64,000 nucleotides of DNA, taken from Cycas panzhihuaensis (Eukaryota; Plantae; Cycadophyta). A program made the position numbers and the translations under genes. The notes under the pieces were generated by a model. The model saw only the letters and a program-made list of their open reading frames with translations, was not told where the DNA came from and searched no databases. The stretch is from contig CM041465.1 in the NCBI GenBank assembly GCA_023213395.1, positions 137,957,741-138,021,740 of the forward strand. The letters are read 5' to 3'. Below are positions 27,317-39,754 of the stretch, in pieces; the stretch's first letter is position 1; every line of letters starts with the position of its first letter.

Positions 27317-30244
27317 TGGATGCGCATCTACGGGATAATCACCTAGCTGAGTAGGAATAGTGAGGACGATCAATAACAATATCGAGGGTGCAGATAGAAA
27401 CCTACAAGCGAAGCGAGTACCACGCAGGGCACCCGTGCGCCGGAGCGCGAGTTCGGGACCTGCGGATGATACCTAACTACCTGAGAGTGGTTCCCCACCT
27501 CAAAGAAAAGGGGAGAAAGGGAGAGAGGTATCCTAAATAGACTTAGGAGGAAAGTCCTCCCACCCTTGGATGGCCGGAAGGGGAGGAAGAGAATCCTCAA
27601 GGGTTTCCCTATGACGGAAGGAAACAAGCAGGAGCAAGGCAGGCGATAGCCTATGGTGCAGTTAGGATCTTCTCGGTTATTTGATCGAACAAATAGAGCC
27701 AAGAATAGGAGAAGGGAGAGGGAGTGGACAGCAATCCCAAAATCTCCCTTAATGATCCGACCAGGAAGGTGAGAGTGATGTGGCGTATGTAAGCAAACAA
27801 AACCAAATAAAGAAAATAATCCAAAAGGGGCGAAGATTAGTTTTGCAAGCTAAAGAAAAGATGAAAGAAAAATCTCCTAAAGTCTTTTCTCTAAGTGAAT
27901 GTGGTGCGTAATGTGTAAATATATAAATGTGAGTAAAATATGTTAATTTCCTTTTCCCTTTTATGTTTGACCTATTTAACTAATGCATAGACCACAACTA
28001 AAAGTGTGAAAAGGAAAGCGAGGGCAAGAGGAAGAAGTATGTACCCGAGAGAATAGCGGCCAATAGGAGACCTCGCTCACGCACCACGCACGTCCTCACT
28101 AAGCCCATGGATAATGGAGGGGCTTCCTTACCTCCCCCTTCCGAAAGGAAAAAAAGAAAGGAAACAAAAATGAAAGCAAAGAGCAAAACACAAGAGACCT
28201 TGCCTAGATCTAAGTGCTTGACACCTTTACAAGAGCACTGTAGCAACTTGCACATGTACAAACCTATCCCTTCCAAGAAGGGGTTGCAAGAGACAATCTA
28301 TGTATATGCAAGTATATATAAATGCTATTAATATTAGAATGTTAGAGAAAGACAATTGTTGCAACAAACTCTACAAACCCTCTCTCAAACAAGGCTAAGC
28401 ATCAAGCGAAATGGTGTAAGGGAAGCCTCAAGATGGCTAACCCTCTGCTAAAATATCCACACGACTTATAGACACAGCAAGGTAGTAGGTAAAATCCACT
28501 AAGGACAACCAAAGATGCTAAAGGAAAAAGGCAACAAAGTGTTGAGAGGTAAGCGGGATGTCGAGTTGCTATGGGCAGCAATCTGGTGCCCAAACCCTTG
28601 CTAATGAGGACAAGGGGTACCCAACAACACGGGGGACTCTACGGGGGTCCAAACGAGAGGCGAGTAGGCCTGGAATCAGTGCAGCAAGTGGCTGCATACG
28701 CTAACAATCCAGCACTGGCCTAGGGCTCAATCTCTCCTAATAATCTTAAGAAGAACGTAGGATGAGAGAAGAGAAGGTGGGAAGGGATTACCCTTGGAGA
28801 GAAGGATTGAAAGGGGGGCTGCCCCACCTTACTCTCTTCACCTAGCCTTGGGGCTCTTCTCTCTCTGTTCTCTTGAAGAAAACTAGCAGAGGGAAGGTGG
28901 AGCCAAGAAGCAACAAGGAAGATACAGTGGAAAGATAACTTTTCAATGGTGAACTGAAGGAAATGAGTAAATAAAGCAAGAAATAGGTCCAAACAAGGAG
29001 TAACTCACCAAAAAATAGAAGAAAGGAGTTGGTAAGACTTGCTGGGCAGATGTATGATAGACTTGGGCCTACTAACAGCAAGAAGGAGGGCCCTTACAGG
29101 GGTTTGTAGGAGGCAAATCCAACGGACAGCTAAGAGGAGCACTACTGGGCGTGTAGTGGAGGAATCAGCGCCAAAAACACTTGATGGAACCTGGAGAGAA
29201 GCTTCCTACCATGGAAGCAAAGAGTAGCATGTGTGTCCTAGCCTAAGGTTGTAGGAAACACAGGCCTGCAGAAACACCTATGATAGAAGGAGCTGGAGAG
29301 CTGAAGTTGTAGTAGAGGTTCTTGTCTTTGAGAGCCAAAAATGACCTAAGAGTCCCTCAAAATGATGAGGGTTTGAGTGTTTATACCCATCCCAGCCCTA
29401 AGAGGTCAAATAGGACATGAATAGGGCTGAGGTGGATGCGAGACCATGTGGCAATTTTGTGGGAAACGTGAGAATTACCACGGCAGATTTTAAAAATAAT
29501 CGATGATTGCCTGCGATAAACTTAGCGATGCGGTGGTAAACTTAGCGGTCGCTAAGTTTACAACGATCAGACCGTAAAGCCGGAATGGCGGTTACGGGTT
29601 CCATGAGCTTTAGGAGATGACTTGACAGGCCTGGGAGGGGCTAGCCCTCTTGTCTAGGTGGTTGAGACAGTCCAGGAAGCACTTAGACAGAGCCGGGCAA
29701 ACATCAATAAGCAAAGATCCCAAAACGAAGTTAAGACAGGGGTATGAACGGATCATACGAACTAAAAAAGGGAACTGAGACAGTGTGGAGATAGCATGGA
29801 AGGTCGTATAGTGCCATGGGGATGCCTACCTTGCAGAAAGGTAGGTCCCGCTGGGTCATCATAGGCTCACAATACGACAGGCAGCATGAACAAGCAACAC
29901 ATGCAAAGCAATCATGCAAATGAAGCAAATAGTCATGCAACGAGGCATCACTTATGTCAACCTTTCCAATGAAAGAGTGCAAGTGAAAAGGGAGAAGCAT
30001 ACCTGGGCTTACCTGAGTCGACCTGTCCGTATCCATTCCCGAGCTGTGAAACACCGCCTCGCGCAGAGCTTCGCCACTCAGAAGCATGGTGCGATGGCAA
30101 ATGCTGGCAACACAACTATGAGTAGCATATGTGCATGTATATATATAAATCATGATCACAACAGGAGTCAAGGGTGCCGGCGAGTGTTATGGCAAAACAT
30201 GTTGATACAATAATAGGGGTGGAGACAACATAGGGGCTGTCTAT
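27317..30244 (-). repeat. 3' LTR of Tat copy 2 (about 2.9 kb)
   Basis: Starts TGGATGCGC, homologous to the start at 6831. The inner end lies next to a degenerate Tat-type PPT (minus strand GGGTGGCA, about 30246-30253); this boundary is approximate. Confidence 0.75.
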
Positions 30245-30470
30245 GTGCCACCCAGGAATCGACTGAAAGATAAGAAGGATGAGGGGGCTGCCCCCATCAC
30301 AACAAGATGCAAAGAGATGTGCATGATGTCAAGTAAGAGAGATAAGTGAGCAAACCTGGTAGTCGCCATAATCTAACCTCATTAGCAGCTAGCTTTTGGA
30401 GGTGTGAATAGATCGCAAGGTGATGTGCATGTCGGCCTGAGGCTTGGGCGACAGAGCAACCGGACGAGTC

Positions 30471-30893
30471 TCAGGGACGGTCAGCAAGAAGGGGAAGGCG
30501 GCATTCAAGGATGAGGTGAATTAGACTATCTACCTCAGCATTGAGGGCCTGAGGAATGTGTCGAATGTCAACAGACTAGAAACAGGCCAAGAGAGATCTG
30601 GCAGTCAGAGTAAAGGCTCTCAAGTGAGGCCATCGCACCTGGTAAACTTGGGTGAGATGGGATACCACAACTTAGGAGTCACAAAGAAGAACAATCGATC
30701 CATGATGAAAACAGAGTGTATCGGTGAGGGCCTCAATAATGGCTGTGTACTCAGCTTCGTTATTAGTAGCCTCAGGGAGAAAGATTCCAGAATGCAGGAA
30801 GTCGTGTTTGGAAGAGCTACGAAGAATCCAAGCGACAGCAGAAGGTCTGGGGTTACCACGGCTTCCGCCATTGGTAAAAATGTAGAGTGACAT
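30471..30893 (-). pseudogene. Free-standing archaeal/bacterial-type RNase HI (aRH), 140 codons
   Basis: One reading frame: MSLYIFTNGGSRGNPRPSAVAWILR...ATNNEAEYTAIIEAL...CDS*VVVSHLTQVYQVRWPHLRAF...F*SVDIRHIPQALNAEVDSLI...*. Two internal stops, both explicable as C>T changes. Confidence 0.9.
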
Positions 30894-32110
30894 AGATGAT
30901 AAAAGGAGATGTCTCGGTGAAAAAATAAGCAATAAGATAAGAGTCAAAGCAAAAAGAGGCTAGTATGGCAGGCAATAGGTGGTTGCGAAGAGTAGGAGGA
31001 CTTAGCAATGAGGCTACCTAAGGACAAGAGTAGGCTATCCGACCACTACCTGAGAGTGGGTTGAAAAAGGACACCCTGGGGTACTAAAGGTTGCTTCGGA
31101 AAGCAAAGAGTGCCCTCGAACAAGGGGAGCATTCCCTCTGGAGGCCCCAGGGGTAGAAAAGAGCTGCAGAAATTGGTCTAGGATGGTGAAACAAGCTAAA
31201 TGAATATAAACTCAGGCATGCATAGGAGTGGCATGCAAAACGTGATAAAAGGGCCTTGTGAAAAATGCATTGAAAGGGTGCCATAAATGCATCTGCAAGA
31301 AGAAGCGAATCGAAGGCTATGGGAGCACAACAGGAGACAGGGCCAGAAGGCAAAGGTGATTAGGGGACAGAGACAATCCAGAGGGCTGTCACGAGGGCAA
31401 AAATGGAGATAGTGCCCATTGGGGTCCTCGCCTATATAAGGAAATTTGATAGAAAACATATTCATTTTCACAGGCTCTCAAGAGAATCTAGAGCCATTCC
31501 CTTACGCAACGGAGTGCTACCTAACTTTGGAGGCACGCGGAGGGAGATCAGACCATCGGATCAGAGTAAGAGGATAGCAATTAGGACCGTCGAGACGAGA
31601 TGATGAGTGCTACGTCAGATCCAATGAGTGGATCTCATAAAACCCAGCCCATCTCGTGGTTTCAATTTTATTGCTTTTTATTGTTTTTACATAGGTTTTT
31701 GGGCCCCATATGGGCGAGAAAAGGCCTCCCAGAGTTCGAATTGGACCCAGAAAGAGGCAGGATCGGGGCATTAGGCAGCCCCCGTCTTGGTGGGCTCTGC
31801 AGGGCCCACTCAGAAGATTTTTTTTAATTTTTTTGGGCAAGAAAACCCCCCCTTTTGGGTTGGTGCTATTCACACTGTGACAAAGATCACAGTGCCGTGA
31901 TCTTTGTCGCGGGGAGCCAATCACCGTGGGACTCGTGCCAAACTTCATGGTACTGCGAAGTTTGGTGCGGTGTGAAGGCATAACTGCAAAAAAAAGAAGA
32001 TAGGGGCCTAGGAGGCCCCAAATCTCGATCAGGTGGAGCTGATGGGTGGTTCAAGGGACAAAGAGCTAATGTAGGCTAAGATCTGACTAGTTTCATGGTG
32101 TTTGCAGGCT

Positions 32111-33900
32111 ATGATCATGGTGGAAACCTACGAGAACATAGGCATGGCCATGTTGAGCTTCATCGAGATGATGAGTAGGGAGGACAAGGGAGTCCTATGG
32201 AGATGCGGGTTGTTGAAGGTGGTGAGGACACCTCAGTACATGTTGGACCAGAGGCTGCTGATAGACATCATGTCACACTGGGATCAAAGGAGGCACGTTT
32301 TCCACCTACCCCAGGTGGGAGACGTAATAGTGACACCTGGGGACATTAGATAGATACTGGGAGTACCAACGACTGGAAGGTCGGTAGCATTGGGAGCGCT
32401 GCCTAGCAATGAGGTAGCACACAGGGAGGCAGTGACATTCTTTACAGGATCAGACAGATGGGAGAGGCGAGGGGTTCCTCTCCAAGCTATGGTCATGTCA
32501 GGGATTCCTCGAGTGAGGAAATTGATTACTTTATGTATTCTATTCTGGGTTTCCTAGAAATAGAACTATAGGGACATCCCAAGAGGGTGGATGGATGTAG
32601 TGAGCCGATGCGAGGCTAACGAGAGGATGGGTTGGTCCACTCTGATAGCGGCGAATCTCGTCGCACAGTTAGACGCCATTAGAGCAGCAGGTCGGGGAGG
32701 ACTATCATATAGCACATTATTACAGTGTTGGTTTTTTTATCACTTTGGGGTAGTGGCACCAGTAGGGGGACCACACCCTATTGCAGAGTGGGCCCCGATG
32801 GTACACAGATGGTAGATGAGACTAAGAGGGATAGAGGACTAGGCTCATATCTAACGCTTAGTGGAGGCCACATTGCTAGACCTCCTCACCATGACAGACT
32901 ATATAGCATATCCACACAGGGCAGTGAGGTGGGACAACAATGATGAGGCAGGAGGAGCAAGGTGGCCCCCAGGAGACGATGAGGGCGGAGATGGAGGTGA
33001 TGGGAATGGCCCATCGCGACCTACAGGAGAGGCGGGTCCGTTAGGGATATCAGGTGGAGAAGCAGGGCCATCTGGGACTGCCAACGGAGAGGCAGGCCCA
33101 TCGGGGGTTGCAGAGGCGAGCAGGGGGCCAGTGACACTAGCCCACAGGCTACGGGTCATGAGGAGATCCAGAGAGGTGACAGCAGAGCCAGTTATGGAGA
33201 GGAGAGAGGCCATAGCAGAGGAGGTACCAGAGGAGGAGGTACTAGCAGTTGGCAGAGTGTTAGAGGGGGAGGTAGTCGCCCAAGTCGAAGTGCCAGCTGT
33301 CGCACCAGGTGAGACAGAGCCTTTTCCTATCATCGTTTGATTGCCAGATAGATAGTTTGATTTCGATTTGATATCCATATAGACATAGACTGATATGTGG
33401 TATACTGGGTTGCAGGTATGGTAGACATGCAGAGGTTAGTGGAGGCGGTAGTCCGAGAGGTATTCCCTCAGGCCTACGCGGAGGGATAGCCTCCCATCCA
33501 GGCAGGGGATGAGCCCAGAGCGACAGGAGGTCACATGGCAGCTTTCGCCCCATTGATATGGGCAAGAGATATATGAGCGGCAGAGTCTCAGGAGCACGAG
33601 GCACGTGCGAGGTAACAGCAGGGTGAGATGGATACCATCTGAGCTGAGAGGGACGCCCTACAGGCGTGAGTGCAGATACTGGAGGCTCAGGGAGGAGTCG
33701 AAGGGGATATGGGGAGCCATATCCGGGTGATAGTGGTAGAGGAGAGACTCCGGGGGATGGAGGGGAGGCCCCACATCATAGAGATGGAGTGGGATCATGT
33801 CTAGGTGCGATACGATCGATTGGTCGAGGACATGGCGTCGAGGTCGGCACAGAGCAAGACACAGATCCATACAACAGTGACGACCCCAAGGAGGCCATGA
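32111..33900 (+). pseudogene. Plant Mobile Domain (PMD) gene, antisense to the element, with predicted introns
   Basis: LDQRLLIDIMSHWDQRRHVFHLPQVGDVIVTPGDIR*ILGVPTTG and GWSTLIAANLVAQL...LLQCWFFYHF match PMD motifs. One frame from 32111 to 33308; intron 33309-33415; coiled-coil-like last exon. Confidence 0.85.
33026..33110 (+). repeat. Three 30-bp tandem units encoding GEAGP(L/S)G
   Basis: GGAGAGGCGGGTCCG / GGAGAAGCAGGGCCA / GGAGAGGCAGGCCCA at a 30-bp period. Confidence 0.8.
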
Positions 33901-34644
33901 GACGAAGGGAGTGAGGTAGGGAGTTTGCGAAGACCCAGGAGGAGTCTCGGAGAGATGTAGCCCCCAGGAGAGGGATCATACCGACCAAGAGATGATGCCC
34001 CGGGAGCAGGGCAACAGTAGAGTAGTATGCATGTACTTGATTTTTGACAAGGGAAAGCACGGGCCTCTAGGGGACCATATATAGAGTCATATGATTGTAC
34101 CCCCCCTGTAAGGACACCGGCTTCCCATATGTATGATACGATACATGATTTTGATATATATATAGACGGGGTGATTGGTACCCTATTTTGATATGTGATG
34201 ATATGTATATTTTGTTTGATAGTTGATATGTATGGTTTGTATTTTGTTATGATTATTTGTTCAAGTTACACGTATTTCTTTTCATGCAAGGCTGTATACG
34301 TAACAGGAGCACACATGACCACTAGTAGAGGTGATAAGCATATGTGGGGTTAGGAAATAGAGCGACACGGATGTCCACATGGGAGCATAGTGGGATATAC
34401 AAAGGAAATACCAAGCGAGAGGGGGGAGTAACGATACTCCAGAGCATCGTCCTAACTAGGGGATACCCAAATAGGAGGACAAGGCCCCAAGGAAGAATGG
34501 GAACAAGGGTTCCATGGGAGGAACCAGAAGAAAACAAAAGAGACCATCCCAAACCACCCTTCCACTCGTGGCTGGGAGGAAAGGGAATGAACTTAAGATG
34601 GTTGTTTAGGCTCATTTCAGAGTGTGGACAAGGTGACGGCAAGG

Positions 34645-36000
34645 TCACGAGTAAAACTTCTTAAGGAATTTCTCGTTAACGGCTTATTCAAATTCAAGAC
34701 CCTCCAGGGTGGCGACCCTATAGGCATCATTACCGAGGCTCTCGATAATGACAAAGGGGCCAACCCATCTAGGCCTGAATTTGGCCAAGCAGTTATGAAG
34801 ATATTCCAATTTAAGGACATGGTCCCCAGGAAACAAAGGACGGGAACAAAGATGTTTATCGTAGGTCCTTTGTGAGCGAGCTTTGGATGCTAGGTTAGCC
34901 TGGTAGGCAGCTAAGCGTCTCTCACCCAAAGCTTCAAGGTCCAGGAGGTGAGCCTGGCGAATCGACTCCTCATCGATGAGACCCTGAAGAGAAACTCGCA
35001 GGGAGGGAATCTCAACTAGGTGGGGCACGGAGCCCGCTAAGTGCTCAAGTAAGGCTTCATCGTATTCAAAGTAATCCACCCCATGGATGACCTTACTTCG
35101 AATAGATGAAGTGCTGGAGGAAGTAGGAGCAACGGGACCGTGGTGGTCATCAGGTTGTCCAACGTCCTCAACAGACTCTAAGGGAAAGTCAAGAAGGGGC
35201 TCCTCAGAAGGAGCGAAAGGTAGTTCTTCAAAACCATCACCTGCGGCAGGTGGTGAAGATGAAGAACCAGGGACCTGTGGGTCAAAACGTGTAATGATAT
35301 GTGTCACATAAGGATGACTAGTCTCACCAACGAAAGAGGTTCTAGGTGGGGATCTAGAATGAGATAGGTGCATCCTACTAGTGTAGAGGAAAGAAATGGG
35401 GTGAAGAAAGCCCTCATCCTCGTCCTCGTCATGAGATTCATTATCGCTAAATGAGGCGAGGTACTCGTAGCTCCCAACACCAATAGAGGCAAAGTGTATA
35501 AGACTATGAGAAGAGGATGCAAGATCTTCTTCGATGTGAGATGGATCGAGTATGCCGATGGAGCAAGTCGAGGCATGAGCAGAAGGGCCTTGGCTTGCCT
35601 GATTGACAGGGTGAGTTTGTTTAACAGATGGATGCTCACAAGAGACAACTCTCATCTGTCCATCATGGATGAACTTAAGCTGCCCCCAATGAGTCAAACA
35701 CATAACTCCCATCTGGTCAAGCCATGGTCGACCCAAGAGGAGATTGTAGTCAACATCAATGTCAAGGACTACAATGTCCATGAGGACAGTCTTACCCTCG
35801 AGAGTGAGTGGGATCGAAACAGATCCCAATGGGGTCTTTTTGCTACCGTCGTAGCCTTGGCATCGCCATGGAATAGGTTCCAAGGCAGAAATACCAAGCT
35901 CTTGCATAACACGCAAGGGCATAGCATTCATGGAAGAACTGTTGTCGATAACAGTTCTTCGTAGGGTACAGTCAGGTGTGTCTATGGTGATGGTAAATGG
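34645..36000 (-). pseudogene. Protease and linker fused in frame to the integrase C-terminal tail
   Basis: 415-aa ORF: YNLLLGRPWLDQMG ... EHLAGSVPHL|VEIPSLRV...KFRPRWVGPF. Natural end KFLKKFYS* at 34645. Confidence 0.88.
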
Positions 36001-36849
36001 GAAGTTCTATTGGCGTTCCCTTTCATACGTAGGGGGGAGATCTTTAGGATCAAAAGAAATGGCAGACTCATGGCCTTGGGTAACACCCAAAGTGTGAATG
36101 GGCGTGTCATTTAATCCTAAAGCTTCCAAAAGGAGAGTCCGCTGCTTGGGATAACTCCTCAAAACATCCATCAAGGACATTCCTGCAGCGACAGTATGGA
36201 GTTTGTCAATGATAAAGAAAGGCTTACCCTTTGCAGTAGATTGGGTAAGCACCCTTCAGAAATCATAACGACTAGGACGTACGGGAATGGCCTTAGGAAA
36301 AAATGGCACTTTCGGAGGAGAGTTTTCCGGAAGAGGATCAGAGAGTGGGGCAGAAGAAGAGGTACCAGCTGCCTCTTTCGTAGCTTGAGACCGAGTAAGG
36401 GCATATAAAGGAGTAGCCTCAAGCATTTGGATCACCTTCTTTCCCTTATTCCGGGACCACAAAGGTGATGGAGTACATCGGTTAGGGGAATGAGAGGAAG
36501 AGGACGAATCCTGAGCGCCCTTCCCTTTATCACGGGCAGGACAAAAATTCGGGGATCTTCCCCGGTTCCGGTTGTTTTTGGGCTGAGTGTTATGATCACG
36601 TTCCCCATGTTTGGGGAACGGATCCTTGTGGACCGGTTGGTCTAGATTAGGCCTTGAGGCCCGTTTAGGGGATGAGTCATGTTGAGGGGCATCCATGAGA
36701 TGCTGGGCCCTACAACATGAGTCATCATAGAAGCACTCCCCATGAATGGAACACCACTTCTTCTCAAGTAAAGAATCTATCTTCCTTGCTTGAGGGGACT
36801 GGGTGTTACCATTCCTAGGGAGGGAAGCTTGAGTAGCTTGTTGGATTTG

Positions 36850-38430
36850 TTTGTTAGAAGTTGGTGATAAAGGAGCTTATAGTTTGAGTTCTTTCATCAT
36901 ACGTTCAAATGAACGTATAGCGGATGTAAGTGGGCCTAAAGTCTTCTCAGTTGGATGAGAAGAAGACCTAGAAGATTGTTGAGGTTTAATATCTTTAATT
37001 GGAGGTGGTGCCTCATGTCGCTGTGAGGGCTTGAGAGGCTTCTTGAGTCCAACCTAGATCTTAATAGCCTCAAGTGCTAAGCACTTTGCAATAGCGGAGT
37101 CACATGTAGTCACCCCACTTCAAGGACATCTACGTAGACTTCAGGGCGAACTGCGTTAACGAAGAGATCCCTCTTCAACTCCTCGGGTAACGTAGCCTTA
37201 GTGGAATGAAGAAGGTCATGGAACCGCCACACAAAGTCATGATTCATCTCGTCATGACCTTGTTTGAGCGATAAAAGAGATCTCATTCCACTTTCAAATG
37301 GGCAAGCAACATCAAAATAATTGATGAAATCGTCCACAAGTTGCTGGAACAAAAAAATGGAATGAGCTGGAAGACGATAAAACCACTTAAGGGCATCGCC
37401 TTGTAAAGATCAAGGGAATAGTTTAATTAAGATGTGGTCATAGGCCCAGTAATCAATACACGCCATAGAGAAACTACGAACGTGCTTTGTTGGGTCTTGT
37501 GAGGAAGTTCCGTCAAATTTAGGAACTTCGGGAGGATGAGGCGGCAGATTGATTCTTAATGCCTCAACAAATAGTGGTGTTGATCTATAGTCCATGAAGG
37601 GACGTGCCCTTGCCTGGACCATAGGATCGACGAATGATGCAGTAGGTAGTGAACAAGGAATGGATGGGAAAGGTAAAGGGAACAGGGTAAAGGGTAAAGG
37701 GAACCATATTCATTGCAGTAGGTTGTAAACAAGGAACAGATGGCTTGACTCAGAAAAGGTATGCTAACCCCAAGCTGGGAGAAAGACATACCTCGAGAGG
37801 GTCCCAAAGAGCTAGGACCATGATGAGGAATGGAAGGCACAACATGTGTCCCCAAAACAGTTGTATGGATGGAGTGGGACGAATGTGTAGGCATGAAAGG
37901 ATTAGTCATTATAGGAGGTGTAGATGCGGATGAAGAAAGTGGGAAAGGAGTGGACGAGGAAAACGCTCCACCATGAAAAGCATCTTCAAACCATCTAGGA
38001 CATGGTTGAAGACAAGCAGCTCGAAAGCACCCATTAAGAGCTTCAACCACGTCAGCAAGAGGGGTATCAACATGATCATAAGAAGTAGATGGGACTTCAA
38101 ATGAAGTAGACCCCTCAGGGAACTCCTCATAAGAATCACCAACTGGATGGTAAATCTCAAGAGGAGATGGTCCTTTTACCATATGAGTAGAAGGATGGGT
38201 GTCAAGTGGGTGACGTTGGTCACCCGGGTAGTAAATAGGATCGTCACCCTCTTGGGTGGATCCCAGAATAGATGTGGGAAACTCATGAGTTCCCGAGACC
38301 AAGGTGTGATAGGCCCAATCGGAGGGGTATCCTTCCATGGTTGAATTAGAATCTGACGATGAAAGAGGATGATACCTGGGATCTTCTAATAATGGAGGCA
38401 AACCATGTAGGCGATGAGAGAAGCACCACA
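36850..38430 (-). pseudogene. gag of Tat copy 2
   Basis: VPKFDGTSSQDPTKHVRSFSMACIDY...LLSLKQGHDE. Confidence 0.88.
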
Positions 38431-38588
38431 TACAAAGCTTACCAACACTTTAGAAGAAGGAAAGAGCCACAAGGAGTACATGTTGGGGGCTGCCCAACGG
38501 AGGAGATATAGAGAAAGGAACCACTAGAAGGTAGTAATATCAACAGGAAGGGATGAGAACTAGCTCCCTTACTGGCAAGTCCCCAGTA

Positions 38589-39551
38589 TCACCTAGCTGA
38601 GTAGGAATAGCAAGGATGATCAATAACGGTATAAAGGGTGCAGATAGAAACCTACAAGCGAAGCGAGTACCACGCAGAGCACCCCATCTGCTAGAGCACG
38701 AGTTTGGGACCTGCGGATGATACCCAACTACCTGAGAGTGGTTCCCCACCTCAAAGAGAAAGGGGGAAAGTGAGAGAACTAGCCTGGATAGACTTAGGAG
38801 GAAAATCCTCCCACCCTTGCATGGCCGGAAGGGGAGAAAGAGAATCCCCAAGGGATTCCCTATGTTAGAGGGAAACAAGCGGGATTAAGGTAGGCGATAG
38901 CCTATGGTGCAGCTAGGATCTTCTCGGTTATTTGATCAAGCAAATAGAACTGAGAAGAGGAGAAGGGAGCGGGAGTGGACAACAATCCCAAAATCTCCCT
39001 TAATGATTCGACCAGGAAAGCGAGAGTGATATGACGTATGCAAGAAAACAAAACCAAACAAAGAAAACAAGCCAAAAGGGGCGAGGATTGGTTTTGCAAG
39101 CTAAAGAAAAGACAAAGGAAAAATCTCCTAAAGTCTTTTCTCAGAGTGAATGTGGTGTGTAATGTGTAAATATATAAATGCGAGTAAAAGATATTAATTT
39201 CCTTTTCCCTTTTATGTTTGACCTATTTAACTAATGCATAGACCACAACTAAAAGTACAAAAAGGAAAGTGAGGACAAGAGGAAGAAGTACGTACCCGGG
39301 AGAGTAGCAGTCGATAGGAGAACTTGCTCACGTGCCACGCACGTCCTCGCTAAGCCCACAGATAATGGAGGGGCTTCCTTACCTTCCCCTTGCAAAAGGA
39401 AAAAATGAAAGGAAACAAAAATGAAAGCAAAGAGCAAAACACAAGAGACCTTACCCGAATCTAAGTGCTTGACACCTTTGCGAGAGCACCGCGGCAACCT
39501 GCACATGCACAAACCTATCCCTTCCAAGAAGGGGCTCCAAGAGACAATCTA
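38589..39551 (-). repeat. Truncated 5' LTR of Tat copy 2
   Basis: Roughly 85-90% identical by eye to 27339-28300; fused directly to the residual half-PBS GTCCCCAGTAT. Confidence 0.9.
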
Positions 39552-39554
39552 TAT

Positions 39555-39754
39555 AAGCTTTATGTGAGTACAATATACACTGGCAATTGTAATTTGGCTA
39601 TTATAGAAAGTAGTAATAATGTAGGTAGGACCCAAGTATCACTTGTTGGTAAAACTATCTTGTGGCATCAAAGATTAGGCCATATTAGAGAGAAAAGCCC
39701 CTATAATTTATTCTTTAAAGGTATGGTTGAAGACATCCCTGAAATTTATGGCTT
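39555..39754 (+). pseudogene. Copia GAG-pre-integrase fragment
   Basis: KTILWHQRLGHIREK...KGMVEDIP. Confidence 0.75.

Larger units (their letters stand above)
27317..39551 (-). mobile_element. Tat-clade element copy 2: internally deleted, non-autonomous, with a 3' accessory cassette
   Basis: Direct repeat 27338-28300 / 38588-39551; gag and protease colinear with copy 1; RT, RNase H and integrase core absent. Confidence 0.92.

Noticed and set aside
30471-30893. Recent bacterial horizontal transfer or contamination (rnhA-like)
   Set aside because: Embedded in a plant retroelement, shows the same deamination decay, and aRH is an established Tat feature.
32111-33900. Host MAIN/MAIL-like gene
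   Set aside because: It lies between pol and the 3' LTR of a Tat element and carries multiple stops, so it is element-borne.
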